NCBI RefSeq assembly: GCF_020745735.1
Contig: NC_083409.1
Span: 20,170,341 to 20,234,340 of the forward strand
Length of the DNA stretch: 64,000 nt
DNA from: Hemiscyllium ocellatum
Lineage: Eukaryota
Reading direction: 5' to 3'
The position numbers were made by a program, and so were the translations under genes. Shown here piece by piece: positions 47,647 to 60,850 of this stretch (positions are counted from its first letter, which is position 1; every line of letters starts with the position of its first letter). Below the pieces are notes generated by a model. The model searched no databases and was not told where the DNA came from. It saw only the letters and a program-made list of their open reading frames with translations.

Positions 47647-47957
47647 TTAGATTAGACTTACAGTGTGGAAACAGGCCCTTCGGCCCAACAAGTCCACACC
47701 GACCCGCCGAAGCGCAACCCACCCATACCCCTACATATTACCCCTTACCTAACACTACGGGCAATTTAGCTTGGCCAATTCACCTGACCCGCACATCTTT
47801 GGACTGTGGGAGGAAACCGGAGCACCCGGAGGAAACCCACGCAGACACGGGGAGAACGTACAAACTCCACACAGTCAGTCGCCTGAGTCGGGAATTGAAC
47901 CCGGGTCTACAGGCGCTGTGAGGCAGCAGTGCTAACCACTGTGCCACCGTGCCGCCC
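47647..47957 (-). mobile_element. HE1-type SINE
   Basis: Near-consensus copy. Confidence 0.9.
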
Positions 47958-48429
47958 ATATCCATATCCTATAGAAGCTGGCATTTCCCCAGTGAAGATG
48001 TTTGACCCTGAAAAGGCCTTTGTTCTTTTCTACCGTCACCCTCAACTTTGTGATACAATGATCACTCTTCCTTAAGTGTCCTCTCATTGACACCTCATCC
48101 ACTTCGGCCTCCTCATTCCCAAGATCCAGATCTAACAGAGCCTCCTTTCTCATTAGACTGGAAACATGTGGCTGGAGAAAATTCACATGAACACACTCTC
48201 ACGACCCTGGCCCCTCTCTGTCCTTCAGACTGCTACTACCCCAGTCTATATTCAGAAATTAAAGACATTCCACCCCCCCCCATTTATAATGACTATTATA
48301 TTTGCAGGTCTCTGTAAATTCCTTGCAAATGTAGTCCTCTAAATCCTTCCCACTGGGTGGTAACTTATTGACTGCACTAATGATTCTGTGGACATTGGTG
48401 TTCCTCTCTGACAGTTCCTCCTGGCTCCC

Positions 48430-49375
48430 ACAGCCCTGTCAAGTTAGTTTGAACCCTCTCCAACAGCACGAGTAGATCACCTCAAAGGAGCTCAGTGCCA
48501 GCTCTGTTCAGGAGCAACGCTGTCTGGTCTATCCAGGTCCCATCTCCCCCAGACCCAGTCCCAATGTCACAAGAATCTAAAACCCTCCCTCCTGGATCCT
48601 CTTTCCAGCCCCACAGTCACTTGTGTTATCCTCCTGCTTCTCTTCTCACTTGCCTGGGGCACTGGGAGTAATCTGAAGATTCCTACTTTTGAGTTCCTGA
48701 TGTTAATTCCCTCCAGCGCCCCCTAAATTCTAACTGCAGGACCACATCCCTTTTCTCCCTCTGTCACTGGGACCGATGTGGACCACGCCTGCTGCCTGTT
48801 CCCCCTCTCCCCTCAGGGTGCTCTGCAGTCGCTTAGTGACAGCCTTGACCCTGGCACCAGGGAGACAACACACCATCCTGGATTCCCATCCGCAGCTGCA
48901 GAAACACCTATCGATGCCCTCACTCTCAAATCTCCTTTCACGATAAGTCTTCCAGTCTTCCTTATACTAACACCCCTCCACCCCCCCTCCTCCCCCCCCC
49001 CCCCACCACCCCCCCCCCCCCCCCAACAATATAGCTGAGCCACCAGTGATGCCATGGACTTGGCTCTGGCTGTACTCCCCAGATGAACCATCATTCTCAT
49101 CAGGATTCCAAACTGAATCCTGGTTGGAGAGTGGGATGCACTCAGGGGATTCCTGTACTAGCTGCCTGGTCCTTTTGGACTGTCTGCTGCTCCCTCATTC
49201 CCTCTCTCCCTGCATACTTTGAAGCTGCAGAGTGACCACATCTCGAAACGTGTTCTCCACGGAGCTCTCAGCCTCACGGACGCTCCGCACTGACACCAGC
49301 TGCTGCTCAAGCTCCGAAACCCGGACCTCCAACTGCTGTCACTGACCACACTTCCTGTACTCATGGTATTCATAG
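48430..49375 (-). mobile_element. CR1 ORF1 relic; inverted paralogue of 5085-5975
   Basis: Shares diagnostic substitutions with 5085-5975; carries an expanded C-run at 48971-49024. Confidence 0.75.
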
Positions 49376-49529
49376 GAGCTAGGAAGCATTCTGAAATTCC
49401 CACATGGATGCACACTCTCTCCACTCTTTGGTTATCTCTTGGCAAAGTTCTGATGACAAACAGCTCCAGCAGGGCTCACAGTCCAGTGGGTTCAGTGGTC
49501 CACGGTTTTGGGGAAACTCTCGAGAAGTC

Positions 49530-52400
49530 TTTAAGAAATAGAAGCAGAAATCAGCCATTCAGCCCATTGAATTTGCTCTGCCATTTGATCTTGGCAGATA
49601 TGCTTCTCACCCCCATTCTCCTGCCTACTCCACAGGAACGTTCGATCCCCTTTACAATCACAAACCTATCTATCTCTGTCTTAAATACACTCAGTGACTT
49701 GGCCTCCACTGCCCCTTGTTGCTGTGAGTTCCACAGATTTACCACCCTCTGGCTGAAGAAAGTCCTCACCTCAGCTCGAAAGGGTCAGCCTTTCATTCTG
49801 AGGCTGTGCCTTGATTACCTAGTCTCTCCTGATATTGGAAACATCTTCTCTGCATCCACTCTATCCAGGCCTATCAGTATTCTGTAAATTTCAATAGGAT
49901 CCCTCCTCACCCTTCTAAATTCCATCGAGTACAGACCCAGAGTCCTCAACCACACCTCATATGACAAGTCCTTCATCCCCAGGATCATTCTTGTAAACCC
50001 CCCCCCATGCCAGCACATTGTTTCTTAGAATATGGGTCCCAAATCTGCTCACAATATTCCAAATTCAGTCTGATGAGACTCTTACACAGCCTCAGCAGTA
50101 CATCTCTGCTCTTGTATTCTGGCCCTATTGAAATTAATGCTATTATTTCATTTGCCTTCCCAAGCACAAACTGGACCTGCCTGTTAACCTGAAGAGAGAC
50201 CTGAATGTGGTTTGTGCTTTAGATTTCCAAAGGCTTTCCTTATTTAGAAAACAGCCTTTGCATCTCTTCTTCCTCCCAAAGTGCACACCCTCACACTGTC
50301 ACACATTGTATTCTATCTGCCACTTCTTTGCCCACTCTCCGAGCTTATCCAGGAGCTTTTGCAGCCTTCCCACTTCCTCAACACTATCTGTCCCTCCACC
50401 TACCTCATGTCACCTGCAAACTTAGCAACAATGTCTTCACTTCCTTCATCCAGATTGTTAATGTATAACGTGAATAGTTATGGTCCTAACATTGACACCT
50501 GCAGAACTCTACTCGTCACCAGCGGCCATTGTTCCTCACGCTCTGCTTTATGCCAACCTGCCAGTCCTCGGTCCATGCCAGTACATTGCCCCTAACACTA
50601 TGGGCGCTTATCTTATGTCAAATGCCTTCTGGAAATCCAAATAGATTACTTCCTCGGACTCTCCTTTGTCTGACTGTCTCATTGCCTCCTCAAAGAATTC
50701 TAACAGTTTTGCCAGGCATGACGTCTCCTTGATGAAGCCATTGCACTTCCAAGTCCTCTGCAATTTCATCCTTAAATTGAAGTCTAAAACCTTACCAACA
50801 ACTGAGTACTGGCTAACTGGCCTATAATGTCCCATCTTCTACCTCCCTCCCTTCTTAAACAGGGGTGGTATGTGAGCCATTTTCCTGTCCCTTGCCCCCA
50901 CCAAATCCGTCCCCACCCCTCCTCCACACCCTGACTCCATTGATTCCTGAAAGATCATCACCAATGTCTCCACACTCTCCTCAACAATCTCCTTCAGAAC
51001 ACACGGGTGTAGTTCGTCCAGTCTGGGTGCATTATCCACATTCAGACCTTCCAGCTTCCCCAGTACCTCTTCCTTAGTGATGTCCACTACACTCCCCTCC
51101 TTCCCCTGACAGTCTTGAATTACTGGTACACTGCTGGTGTTTTCCATGGTGCAGACTGATGCAAAGTATCTATTCAATTCCTCTGCTATTCCTTCATTTC
51201 CTGTTATTCTTTCTCCAGCCTCATTTTCCAGTGATCCATAGTCTATTTTTGACTCCTTCTTCCTTTTTATACACCTGATAAAACTCCTGAAATCTTCTGT
51301 TATATTACTGGCTAGATAACTCCCAGATTTCACCTTCTCCACCCTTAATGTTTTTTCAGTTATCCTCTGCAGGTTTTTAAAGGTTTCCTAATCCTCTGGC
51401 TTACCACTATTCTCCACCACATTGTGTACTTTTTCTTTTGCTTTTATGCTGTCCTTTACCTCCCCCATCAGCCATGGTTGCCTTGTCCTCCCCTGAGTAT
51501 GTTTCTTCTTTTTTGGGATGAATTCCTGCTCTGCTTCCTGAATTACCCCCAGAAACTCTGCTGTTTGCTGCTCCACCATCTTACTTGCTCGGCTCCCCTT
51601 CAAACCAACTCTGGCCAGCTCCTTCCTCATGTCTTTGGAGTTACCTTTACACAACTGAAATACTGTTCAATCTGATAGCAGCTTCTCTCTCAAACTACAG
51701 GGGGAATTCTATCGTATTATTGTCATGTATCCATTGGGATATTTTCACCTTAAACTCACTAATCAAGTTTGCCTCAATACACATCACAGAATCCAGACCT
51801 GCCTGTTCCATAATGGCTCAACCACAAGCTGCTCCAAAATCCATCTCGTCGACATTCCGCAAAATCCTTTCCTTGAGCCGTGCTACCCAGTCCACCTATC
51901 CATTGAGGTCTGCCCTGATACTTTGTGTATGACTTTTCTGTCTCCTGATTGATTTCCTTCCCCACACCCTGCTTCCTGCTTGGAGACCTGGACATAACTT
52001 GCATCAGATTCTTTATTTATTGCAGTTCCTCAGCTCTACCCACACACATTCTACACCTTCTGACTCTCCATCACTTCTTGCCATAGATTTAATTTCATTT
52101 CTCACTAACAAGGCAACACTTGTTCCTCTGCCCATCTGCCTGTCCTTTTGATGGGACATGTATCCTTGGGTATTTAGTTCCCAGCCTGGATCCCCTGACA
52201 GCCATGTCTCTGTGATACCCATAACACCGTACCTGCCAGTTTCAATCTGCACTACAATCTCATTGTGTACACTGTGTGCATTTAAGTACAACACCCTCAG
52301 TCCTGCATTGACTGCCCTCCTTCCCATCATTGTCCCCTTATCTGCTGTGCTTTACGTTCAATTCCTGATCCTTTCTGTACTCTCTATCCTTTTACATCTT
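49530..52400 (-). mobile_element. long degenerate CR1 ORF2 relic
   Basis: Minus ORFs 52013-52330 (LYLNAHSV..GITETWL), 51388-51654, 50839-51342 and 50608-50835 (YLDFQKAFD). Confidence 0.85.
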
Positions 52401-52914
52401 CTAGAAACTTGAATAACCTTTCCTGAGCCCTCCTCCACTTTAACTAGTTTAAATTCCTTAGAAACTCAATTTATCTCAATGTGTGGCATCACTTTTACGC
52501 CCTTACTCGGAATGCTTTGTGCATTTAGATACAACCTCTTTAAGTTTGTACTATTATTGATTTTCCATGCACTTTCATGGTTCCTTTGATGTTCAAAACT
52601 TCCATCCCTTTCTTTTATTTTCTGGTCACAATCAATCCCATCACTAACCACCATTCCACCTTCTCCTTTACCTTCCATTTTCTCATTTTCCATCCAACTG
52701 AACCAAATTACTTTCTCTTTGGGTTGAGTTCAGGCCAATATTTATCGTTAAGCCAACATCATTATTACTCTTTGATCTCATTGCTTCTAGTGGGATCTTG
52801 CTGTGCAGAAACTGGCTGCCATGTTACTGACATTGCAACAGTGACTGCTTGTCAAACAAAACTGTCTGTAAATGTCTTTGGGAGAGCCTGAAGTGTTAAG
52901 GGCTGGATTGAAAT

Positions 52915-53397
52915 ACAATTAGAGTCAGAGAAATGGACAGCACAGAAACAGACCCTTTGGTCCAACTCGTCCATGCTGACCAGATATCCAAAATTAACCT
53001 AGTCCCATTGGCAGCATTTGGCCCATATCCCTCTAACATCTCCCAATTTACATATCCATGCATTTTAAATGGTGTAATTGTACCAGCGTTCACCACCTCC
53101 TCTGGCAGCTCATTCCATACATTTAACACCCTCTGAATGAAAATGTTGTCCCTTAGGTCCCTTTTAAATCTTTCCCCTGTCACCTTCAGCCTATGCCCTC
53201 CAGTTCTGGACTCCCCCACTCTGGAGTAAAGATCTTCTCTAGTCACCCTATCTGTGCTGCTCATGATTTTATAAACCTCTATACGGTCACCCATCAACCT
53301 GCAATGATCCAGGGAAAACAGCCTCAGCCTATTCAGCCTCTCCCTTTCACGCAAACCCTCCAACCTTGGCAACATCCTTATAAATTTTTTCTGGATC
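52915..53397 (-). mobile_element. CR1 3' fragment split by the L1 (continues 59210-59360)
   Basis: ORF 52896-53375. Joining the two L1 flanks restores continuous CR1 sequence. Confidence 0.85.
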
Positions 53398-53735
53398 TTT
53401 TTTTTTGTAGATATTTTTATTGAAATTTAACATTTTTGCAAATTTACAAAAATAAACAAAACTCTCAAATACAAACATTGATGTACAATTAAATCATATA
53501 TACAATAGTCATAATTTAACAAAGAAAAGAGAAAGAAAGAAAACAAAAAAAGAAAAAAAGAAACGAAAAAAGAAAAAAAACTCAACTTTCTACTGATCTA
53601 ACCTATAACTAACCAGAGTGTATACCTAAGTCTCTTACATGCTCGGAATGTATAAACATCAAATATAATAAAACCCGTATTCACGCAGGATTCCTCTCCC
53701 AAGGGGCCCCGGAGCAGCCCGGTCTGAATTCTTCA

Positions 53736-56700
53736 CTAAATAAAAGCCCTTGTTAGGATAGCCGAAATATCTGCATTTATATAATTCAAAAAGGGCTGCC
53801 ATATTTTATAAAATAATTCAGTCTTTCGGTGCACCATATTTGTGAGGAAGTCAAGGGGGATATATTCCATAATTAATCTGTGCCAATTTGAAAGTCCAGG
53901 GGGGCCCTCAGCCACCCAGTTCACCAAAATGTTTTTCCTTGCACAGAAAGAGAGAATAGAAAATAGTCTCTTCCCATGCATATCCAGAGATGAGAGGTTC
54001 GAAAAGCCCAAAAGGAGAGATACAGGGTCCACCCTAATTTCCGTTCCTAAAATTTCTGTCAGGGTATTTACCACTTTAGTCCAGTATCTGCGGATTTTCT
54101 GACAAGTCCACAAACAATGTACAAGAGTACCAACCTCTATTTTGCATTTAGGACACATTGGAGATGCTCCTGCCTTAAATTTTGCCAGTCGAGCCGGAGC
54201 TATATGGGCCCTATGAAGTATCTTTAGTTGGATAGCCTGAGTTCTGTTACAGATAGCAATTCTTCTAGCATTTTCCCAAATGTCATTCCACATATCCTCA
54301 GAGATTTCTAGCCCCAAGTCCTGCTCCCATGTTTTAAGCAGGTCATCCATGTCTCCTGAGACTCCATCATGTAGCAAATGGTATATAGTACTAACGGAGG
54401 ATGCCCCCGCTGGTCGTAAGACATTACGTTCTCTGTCTGATTTATAAAGACTATCTATTAATGTAGTCTTCCTCTGTATATAATCTCGAACTTGGAAGTA
54501 TCGAAAGAGATCCCCATTAGGTTTTCCGAATTTCAGACGCAGCTGCTCAAAGGACATCAGGATCCCATCTTTAAATAGGTCCCCTAAGCATGAGATGCCC
54601 CTGGATCTCCAGAGTTTAAAGGTGGCATCTGTAATCCCCGGTTGGAATCCCCATGCGCCTACTATTGGTGCATGGGGGGATGTTTTATGTGAGTTACCCT
54701 CATTTTGCCGCATTATATTCCAGGCCTTAATTGTGTTTAATATTATGGGATTTTTACAGTGGTCTGTAATGATTTTCCTCTTATCTGAAAATAAAAGGTT
54801 AATAAGTGGGTATTTTACTTGGGAGGCTTCGACATCCAGCCAAATTGATTGTGGATCAGATGAAATCCAATCAGCTATGTAACTTAGTAGGGAGCTTAAC
54901 TGATATTTCCTAAAGTCTGGGAAGTCCAGTCCTCCCCTTGCCTGTGGAAGCTGTAGCTTCTTCAGCTTAATAAGGGGCCGTCTATGGTTCCAAATAAAGG
55001 AGCCCAACCAGCCATATAATTTACGTAGGGCTAGCCTTGGCAGCATCAGCGGGAGCATTCTCATAGGATATAAGAGACGGGGCAGAACATTCATTTTAAT
55101 TAATGCTTTTCTCCCTAGCCAGGAAATCGGAAGGTCTCTCCATCGCTGGAGGTCCTGCCTTATCCTTTCCATTAATTGTACAAAATTAGCCCTATACAGC
55201 TGATCAAATACTGGCGTGATAAAAATACCTAAATATAAGAAGCCCTCCAGGGACCAACGGAAGGGAAAAGGGGATCCGTCCATTAAGTGGGGTATCATAG
55301 CCAGACCACCCATTGGCATGGCTTCCGATTTTGAAAAATTAATTTTATAGCCTGAGAATGCACTAAATGTATTAATAACTTGAATTAGACGAGGCACTGA
55401 CATTAAAGGATTACTGAGGAATAAGAGAACGTCATCTGCATAGAGGGTAATTTTGTGTTTACCTGTACCAATCCTCGGGGCCGTTATATTAGGATCAGTC
55501 CGGATGGCTTCTGCTAATGGTTCGATTATCAGTGTAAACAACAATGGTGAGAGAGGACATCCTTGACGGCAGCCCCTACCCACACTGAAGCCATCCGATC
55601 TTAACCCATTAGTAATAACAGCTACTTTGGGGTCATTATACAATGTTGAAACCCATTTGGTAAACACTTGTCCAACGCCAAACCTTTCCAATGTGTAAAA
55701 TAAATATGACCATTCAACCCTATCAAATGCCTTTTCCGCATCCAATGAAATTACTACTCCTGGTATCTTTCCCTGATGACAGGCTTGGATCATATTCAAG
55801 ACCCTTCTGATATTATTGGATGATCTGCGGCCCTTAATAAATCCCGTCTGGTCCTCCTTTATAATATATGGCAGTACCCTTTCTAGTCTTAGTGCTAACA
55901 TTTTTGAGAGAATTTTAAAGTCTACATTTAGTAAGGATATTGGTCTGTAAGATGCACAATCTTCTGGGTCTTTTCCTTTTTTGAGGATAAGAGAAATATT
56001 TGCTTCTTTCAGCGTGGGCGGGAGACAGACCTGACTATGCGCAAAATTATACATATCCATAAGTGGGTCAACCAATATTCCGTAAATTCTTTATAGAATT
56101 CAGCTTGAAAACCATCTGGGCCCGGTGCTTTTCCGCTCTGAAGTTGCCTAATTGCCTCAAGTATTTCTTGGACTGTTAAAGGGGTATTTAGGGCTGACAC
56201 CTGTTCCGGAGTCAGGCCCGGGAAGGTCAAATTTTTAAAAAATGACTGCATCCTCCTAATCCTATCTTCACAATCCTGCGATCTATATAGTTCAGAATAA
56301 AATTCTTTAAAGGTCGCATTGATCTTTTTATGATCATGAGTCAGGGTACCTGTACTTTCCTTGATGGTCGGAATAGTTTGAGGGGCTTTCTTTTTCTTTG
56401 CAAGAAATGCTAAGTATCTACCCGGTTTGTCGCCATATTCATATAATCTTTGTTTCGCAAATAATATTTCCCTTTTAGCCGTTTGAGTAAGCGCGGTGTT
56501 TAAAGCTGACCTAAGAGCTGTAATCCTCTGCAATTTTGTGATAGAAGGTCTATCAGCGTATGCTGTTTCGGCTGCTTTTAGGCGAGCTTCGAGCAGACGC
56601 TGTTGCTCTCCCTTCATTTTCCTCTGGGTCGCTGAATAGGAGATGATCAAACCTCGTGCATAAGCTTTGATGGTCTCCCACATCATTGACGGATTGCTAG

Positions 56701-57547
56701 CCGTACCAGTATTAATTTCTAAAAAGGTTTTAAGTTCTTGGGAGAAGTACTTTAAAAATTTGCTATCTTTTATCAGGAAGGGGTCCATACGCCAATGCCG
56801 AGCAGATGTCCCATTGTTCTTTACCTTAGTTTCCATGTATACAGCGGCATGGTCAGAGATTGCTATAGTACCTATTTTACAGGTTGCTATAGAGTTTAGA
56901 AAAATCGATGGGGCAAAAAACATATCAATTCTTGTGTGACATTTATGTGGATTAGAGTAGAAAGAAAAATCTCTACCCTGTGGATGGAGACATCTCCATA
57001 CATCTACCAATCCTAATTCTTTATTCAGGTCCGCCAGTTGTCTAGATCTGGGAGATACTCCAGCGGCACTCTTGGGAATCCTGTCTATTTCCGGATCCAT
57101 AATACAATTAAAGTCTCCCCCTATAATTGTATGACGGGCACCAAAGGCCATCAGTTTTGAAAAAGCTTCCGTTATGAATTTAAAGGGGTGTGCCGGGGGG
57201 CAGTATACATTTAAGATCCCATATTCCTCTCCATTTATGAGGGCTTTAATCAAAATATATCGTCCAGATTCGTCTTTTATCTGATTTAGAATTTTCAAAG
57301 GGAAGTTCTTCCGGACAAGGATAACGACTCCCCTGCTTTTTGAATTAAAAGAGGAAAAAAAGGCCTGATCAAATCCGCCCTGTCGTAATTTTAAGTGTTC
57401 TTTATCCGACAGGTGTGTCTCCTGTAGGAGAGCTATATCAACTCTCTCCTTCTTAAGATTTGATAATATTTTCTTCCTTTTAACTGGCGAATTACTCCCC
57501 CCGACATTCCAGGTGCACCACTTAACCGACTGTTCAGCCATAATCAT
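53736..57547 (-). CDS. L1 ORF2 (APE endonuclease, RT, C-terminal Cys/His knuckle) with one apparent 1-bp deletion at 56078-56079
   Basis: TWNVGG..LLQETHL..GGDFN..SDH; PGPDGF, YRPISLLN, LDAEKAFD, RQGCPLSP, LYADD; CPKC..HCLWTC. Adding one A joins the 512- and 779-aa ORFs into about 1270 aa. Confidence 0.9.
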
Positions 57548-58173
57548 CTGGACAGATCCGAGACCCCTCGGGAGGGGAAACCCTATCTAGAACATCCCGA
57601 GCATGGAGCATACAAGATTTACAAAAGTAAAGATTCTCTGATACACTCAAAACAATATAACAAAAAACTCTTTCTAAGTATAAAAAATATAAAACATTCC
57701 GAATTGGAGATTTTCTCCCTTGTTCCCAGGGAGCGTCACTTCCTCTCCCACAGTCCATCTTACCCTCTTCCAACCAGTGCCCCACCCTTGACCCAGGTGT
57801 TCCTCAATAAAATGAGGAGAATTCAAATATAATATAAAGCTAGAGTTAACAGTGAACACCCCACCCCCACCCACACCCACATCTAAATATATTTGGGAAT
57901 ATTAATACCATATATAACTATAAGATTACAATCTCAACATGTAATACTTAAATATAATACCACAAAATAACAGGGGAAAGAAAAACAACCCCGCTCCTAA
58001 AAACAGAAGTAAAATAGAATAAGGTAACCACCTCTCCCCATCAACATTAACCAAACGCCCCAACATATATATATATATATACATACACACATAGGGGGAA
58101 AGATAAGAAAAGATGAAGGGATGTAAACCAAAATAATGGGAAAGGCAGACCAGCGTCCACAATCTCTTACAGT

Positions 58174-59036
58174 TTATTTAAGAGAGTCCAAGAATTCCTT
58201 AGCTTTCTCCGGTGATCCGAAGTTATATATGGATCCTTCGTGGCTAAGGCGTAGCGTCGCTGGATATCGTAAGGAGTACTGATATTTAAGTCCCTTAAAC
58301 GCTTCTTCGCCTCATCGAATGCCTTCCTCTTTCGGACCAAAGCTGGGGAGAAGTCCTGGAACAGCATGATCCTGGATCCTTTGTGGGTCATAGCTTGGGG
58401 ATCTTTTCCCAGATTTCTTGAGGCTTCCAGGAGCATCTGCCTCTCCCTATAGCTCTGCAGCTGGAACAGGGCCGGGCGTGGGCGCTGGGTTGAGCCGGGC
58501 CCACGTACTGTGACCCGGTAGGCCCATTCTACCCTTACCCGGCCTGATCCATTATGCAGATTTAAAAGTTGTGGCAGCCAATGCTCTAAGAATACTGTTA
58601 GCTGACCTCCCTCCTCCTGTTCGGGCAGGCCCAACAACCGAATATTTTTTCTACGACATCGATTTTCGAGGTCATCAATGTGGTTTTCTAGGTTCTGGAC
58701 TCGATTCTCGAGAAAACGGATGTGGTCGGCTGTTGATTTTATCCCAGTCTCTGAGGCTGCGGCCTTCGACTCCACCTCTCTGACTCGGCACTCCAATTCC
58801 TGAATGTCTCTGCCCTGCTTCTGCAGCTCGGCTGATAGTGCTTCTCTGCTCTGCCGAGACTCATCGATAAAAGCATCAATCTTCGCCTCCCACCTGGCAA
58901 ACATCTCCTCAAAGCTCATCTTCATTGGTAAATCTCCTGAAGCAGCTGAAGACACCTTTGTTGCAGATGAAGAGGGAGAGGGTGGGGGAGGGGTCCCTGC
59001 TTTCTTAGAGCCGCCTGTTCCCTTCCCTTTACTCAT
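58174..59036 (-). CDS. L1 ORF1 (coiled coil, RRM, CTD) with one apparent 1-bp deletion near 58281
   Basis: LENRCRRKNIRLLGLPE and FQDFSP..RK motifs. The shifted frame gives the expected C-terminus QYSLRYPATLRL..FGSPEKAKEFLDSLK*. Confidence 0.85.
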
Positions 59037-60513
59037 TTTCCAGCTAGTATTAGACTATTTAAATGTACTAATAGGTAACTATTTAAGGTTAACAACTATT
59101 ATAAATGGTTTAGTGAGTGTGGTGGGGGTGGATAGCCCACTTTTCCCAAGTTTTGGGTAGAGCACTGTGGACTCAGTCTTGCTGGGTCGCCGCCATCTTG
59201 GATCCCCCCTTCTGGATCATTTTAAGGTTCACAACATTTTTCCTCCAGCAAGGAGAACTGAATTACGCACAGTATTCCAAAAGTGACCTAACCAATGTCC
59301 TGTACAGCCGCAACAGCTCCCAACTCCAATACCCAATGCACTGCCCATTAAAGGAAAGAAAACCAAATGACTTTGTCACTCCCCTACCTTCCTGCAACTT
59401 CATCTTCAAGGAACTATTCTTCATTTTTTCAATGAACTGAGAGTCTTTCAGTTGTGAAAGATGCCATTCCATGGCACTATTGGATGAAGAGCAGGCAGTT
59501 CCCCCTGGTGTGCCTGGTCAATATTTATCCCCCAATCAAAATCACTCAGAATGTATTTCTCTGCTAATTATCACATGGTGTTTGAGATATTGCTGGTCAC
59601 AGTCTGCTGGAAAGATCCAGTGGGACATCCTGAGTTGGGGAAAGGTGGCACACAAATACAAGTCTTTCTTTAAGGGTTGGAGTCTCCTGATCTGGATCCT
59701 CATCCATTGGCTGCGCACTCTCACCTTCCAGGAGTCATGGGGTCATTAGGAGCAGTGACCCTGTCTGACCCTAGGACACTGAGACTCTTTGCAGCCTTAC
59801 CCTTGATCTCAGCCCAATAGTGTGCAGCAAGGTTTGAAATATAATCTAGAATCTTCTACACAGACACCCAATGTGACTCTTTCATGAAGTGTGTGGATTC
59901 AAGTCTGCTCCAATGTTCTTGGATAAAGTTCTCCTGATCTGTGGGGGATCGGAGGTTTGTTAAAGAGATATCGAGCTCCATCCCACTTTCCAGCTCTTGC
60001 TCCATAGTTCTGGAGGTTTTGCTGTTTGAAGTGAATATCCAAGTGTTTTTTTTCAATATGATGAGGGTTTCTGCCTCTCCCACGCTTTCAGACAGTGAGT
60101 CCCACATCCCACCAACCTGTGGCTGAAAACAAATACCTTCAACTCCCCTATAATCCTGCCCCCAACTGATTTCAATCTCTCCCCATGGTTATTGCCCTCT
60201 GTGCTGGTGGAAATCACTCCTTCCTACCCAGTCTGGCCAGGCCCCTCATCATTTTACACACCACCATCAAATCTCCCCTCTGCCTCCTCTGTTCCAACGA
60301 AAACATTCCCAGCCAATCCAACCATTCCTTAAAGCTCAAAGTCCCCACTCCAGACAAACTCTTCCTCTGTCCTGGTCTCTCGAGAGATCACATCCTTCCT
60401 GTAATGTGGTGACCAGAACCATACACATTCTCTCACTGTGCTCTAACTGGGGTTTTATACAGTTCCAGAATAAACAAACTCATTGCTTTCATAGTCAACC
60501 AAAAATGGGATAA

Positions 60514-60850
60514 GGGAGGTGATGGTCTAATGGTGTTATTGCTGAGCTGTTAATCCAGAGATCCAGGTAATGTTCTGGGGACCAGGGTTAGAATCCAGCA
60601 GATGGTGGCATTCAAATTCAATCAAAAAAAAATCTGCAATTAAGAGACTAATGATGACCATGAAACCATCGTTGATTGTCATGAAAAAGCATCTGATTCC
60701 CTTATGTCATTTAGGGAAGGGAACTGCCATCCCTACCATGTGACCCCAGACCCACAGCAATGTAGGTGACTCTAAACTGCCCTTTGGGTGATTAGGGATG
60801 GGCAATAAATGCTGCCGATTCAGCAATGCCCTCATTCCATCAAGGGAAAA
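60514..60850 (+). mobile_element. tRNA-headed SINE resembling the DeuSINE/SacSINE1 group
   Basis: Core TCATTTAGGGAAGGGAACTGCC..GTGACCCCAGACCCACAGCAATGTAGGTGACTCTAAACTGCCCT and tail TAGGGATGGGCAATAAATGCTG; recognised from recalled consensus only. Confidence 0.6.

Larger units (their letters stand above)
45490..48330 (-). mobile_element. degenerate CR1 with nested hairpin, tandem repeat and HE1
   Basis: CR1 tail at 45490, RT motifs through 47100, endonuclease remnants to about 48200. Confidence 0.8.
53398..59209 (-). mobile_element. full-length L1-clade LINE (5812 bp), nearly intact
   Basis: 5' end GGGGGGATCCAAGATGGCGGCG, ORF1, ORF2, 3'UTR, poly(A) (T9 at 53398-53406), 9-bp TSD TTCTGGATC at 53389-53397 and 59210-59218. 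Confidence 0.95.

Noticed and set aside
53736-57547. Two separate genes (512 aa and 779 aa) or programmed frameshifting in L1 ORF2
   Set aside because: A single added A restores a standard-length ORF2 and no slippery heptamer is evident, so a mutation or sequencing error is simpler.
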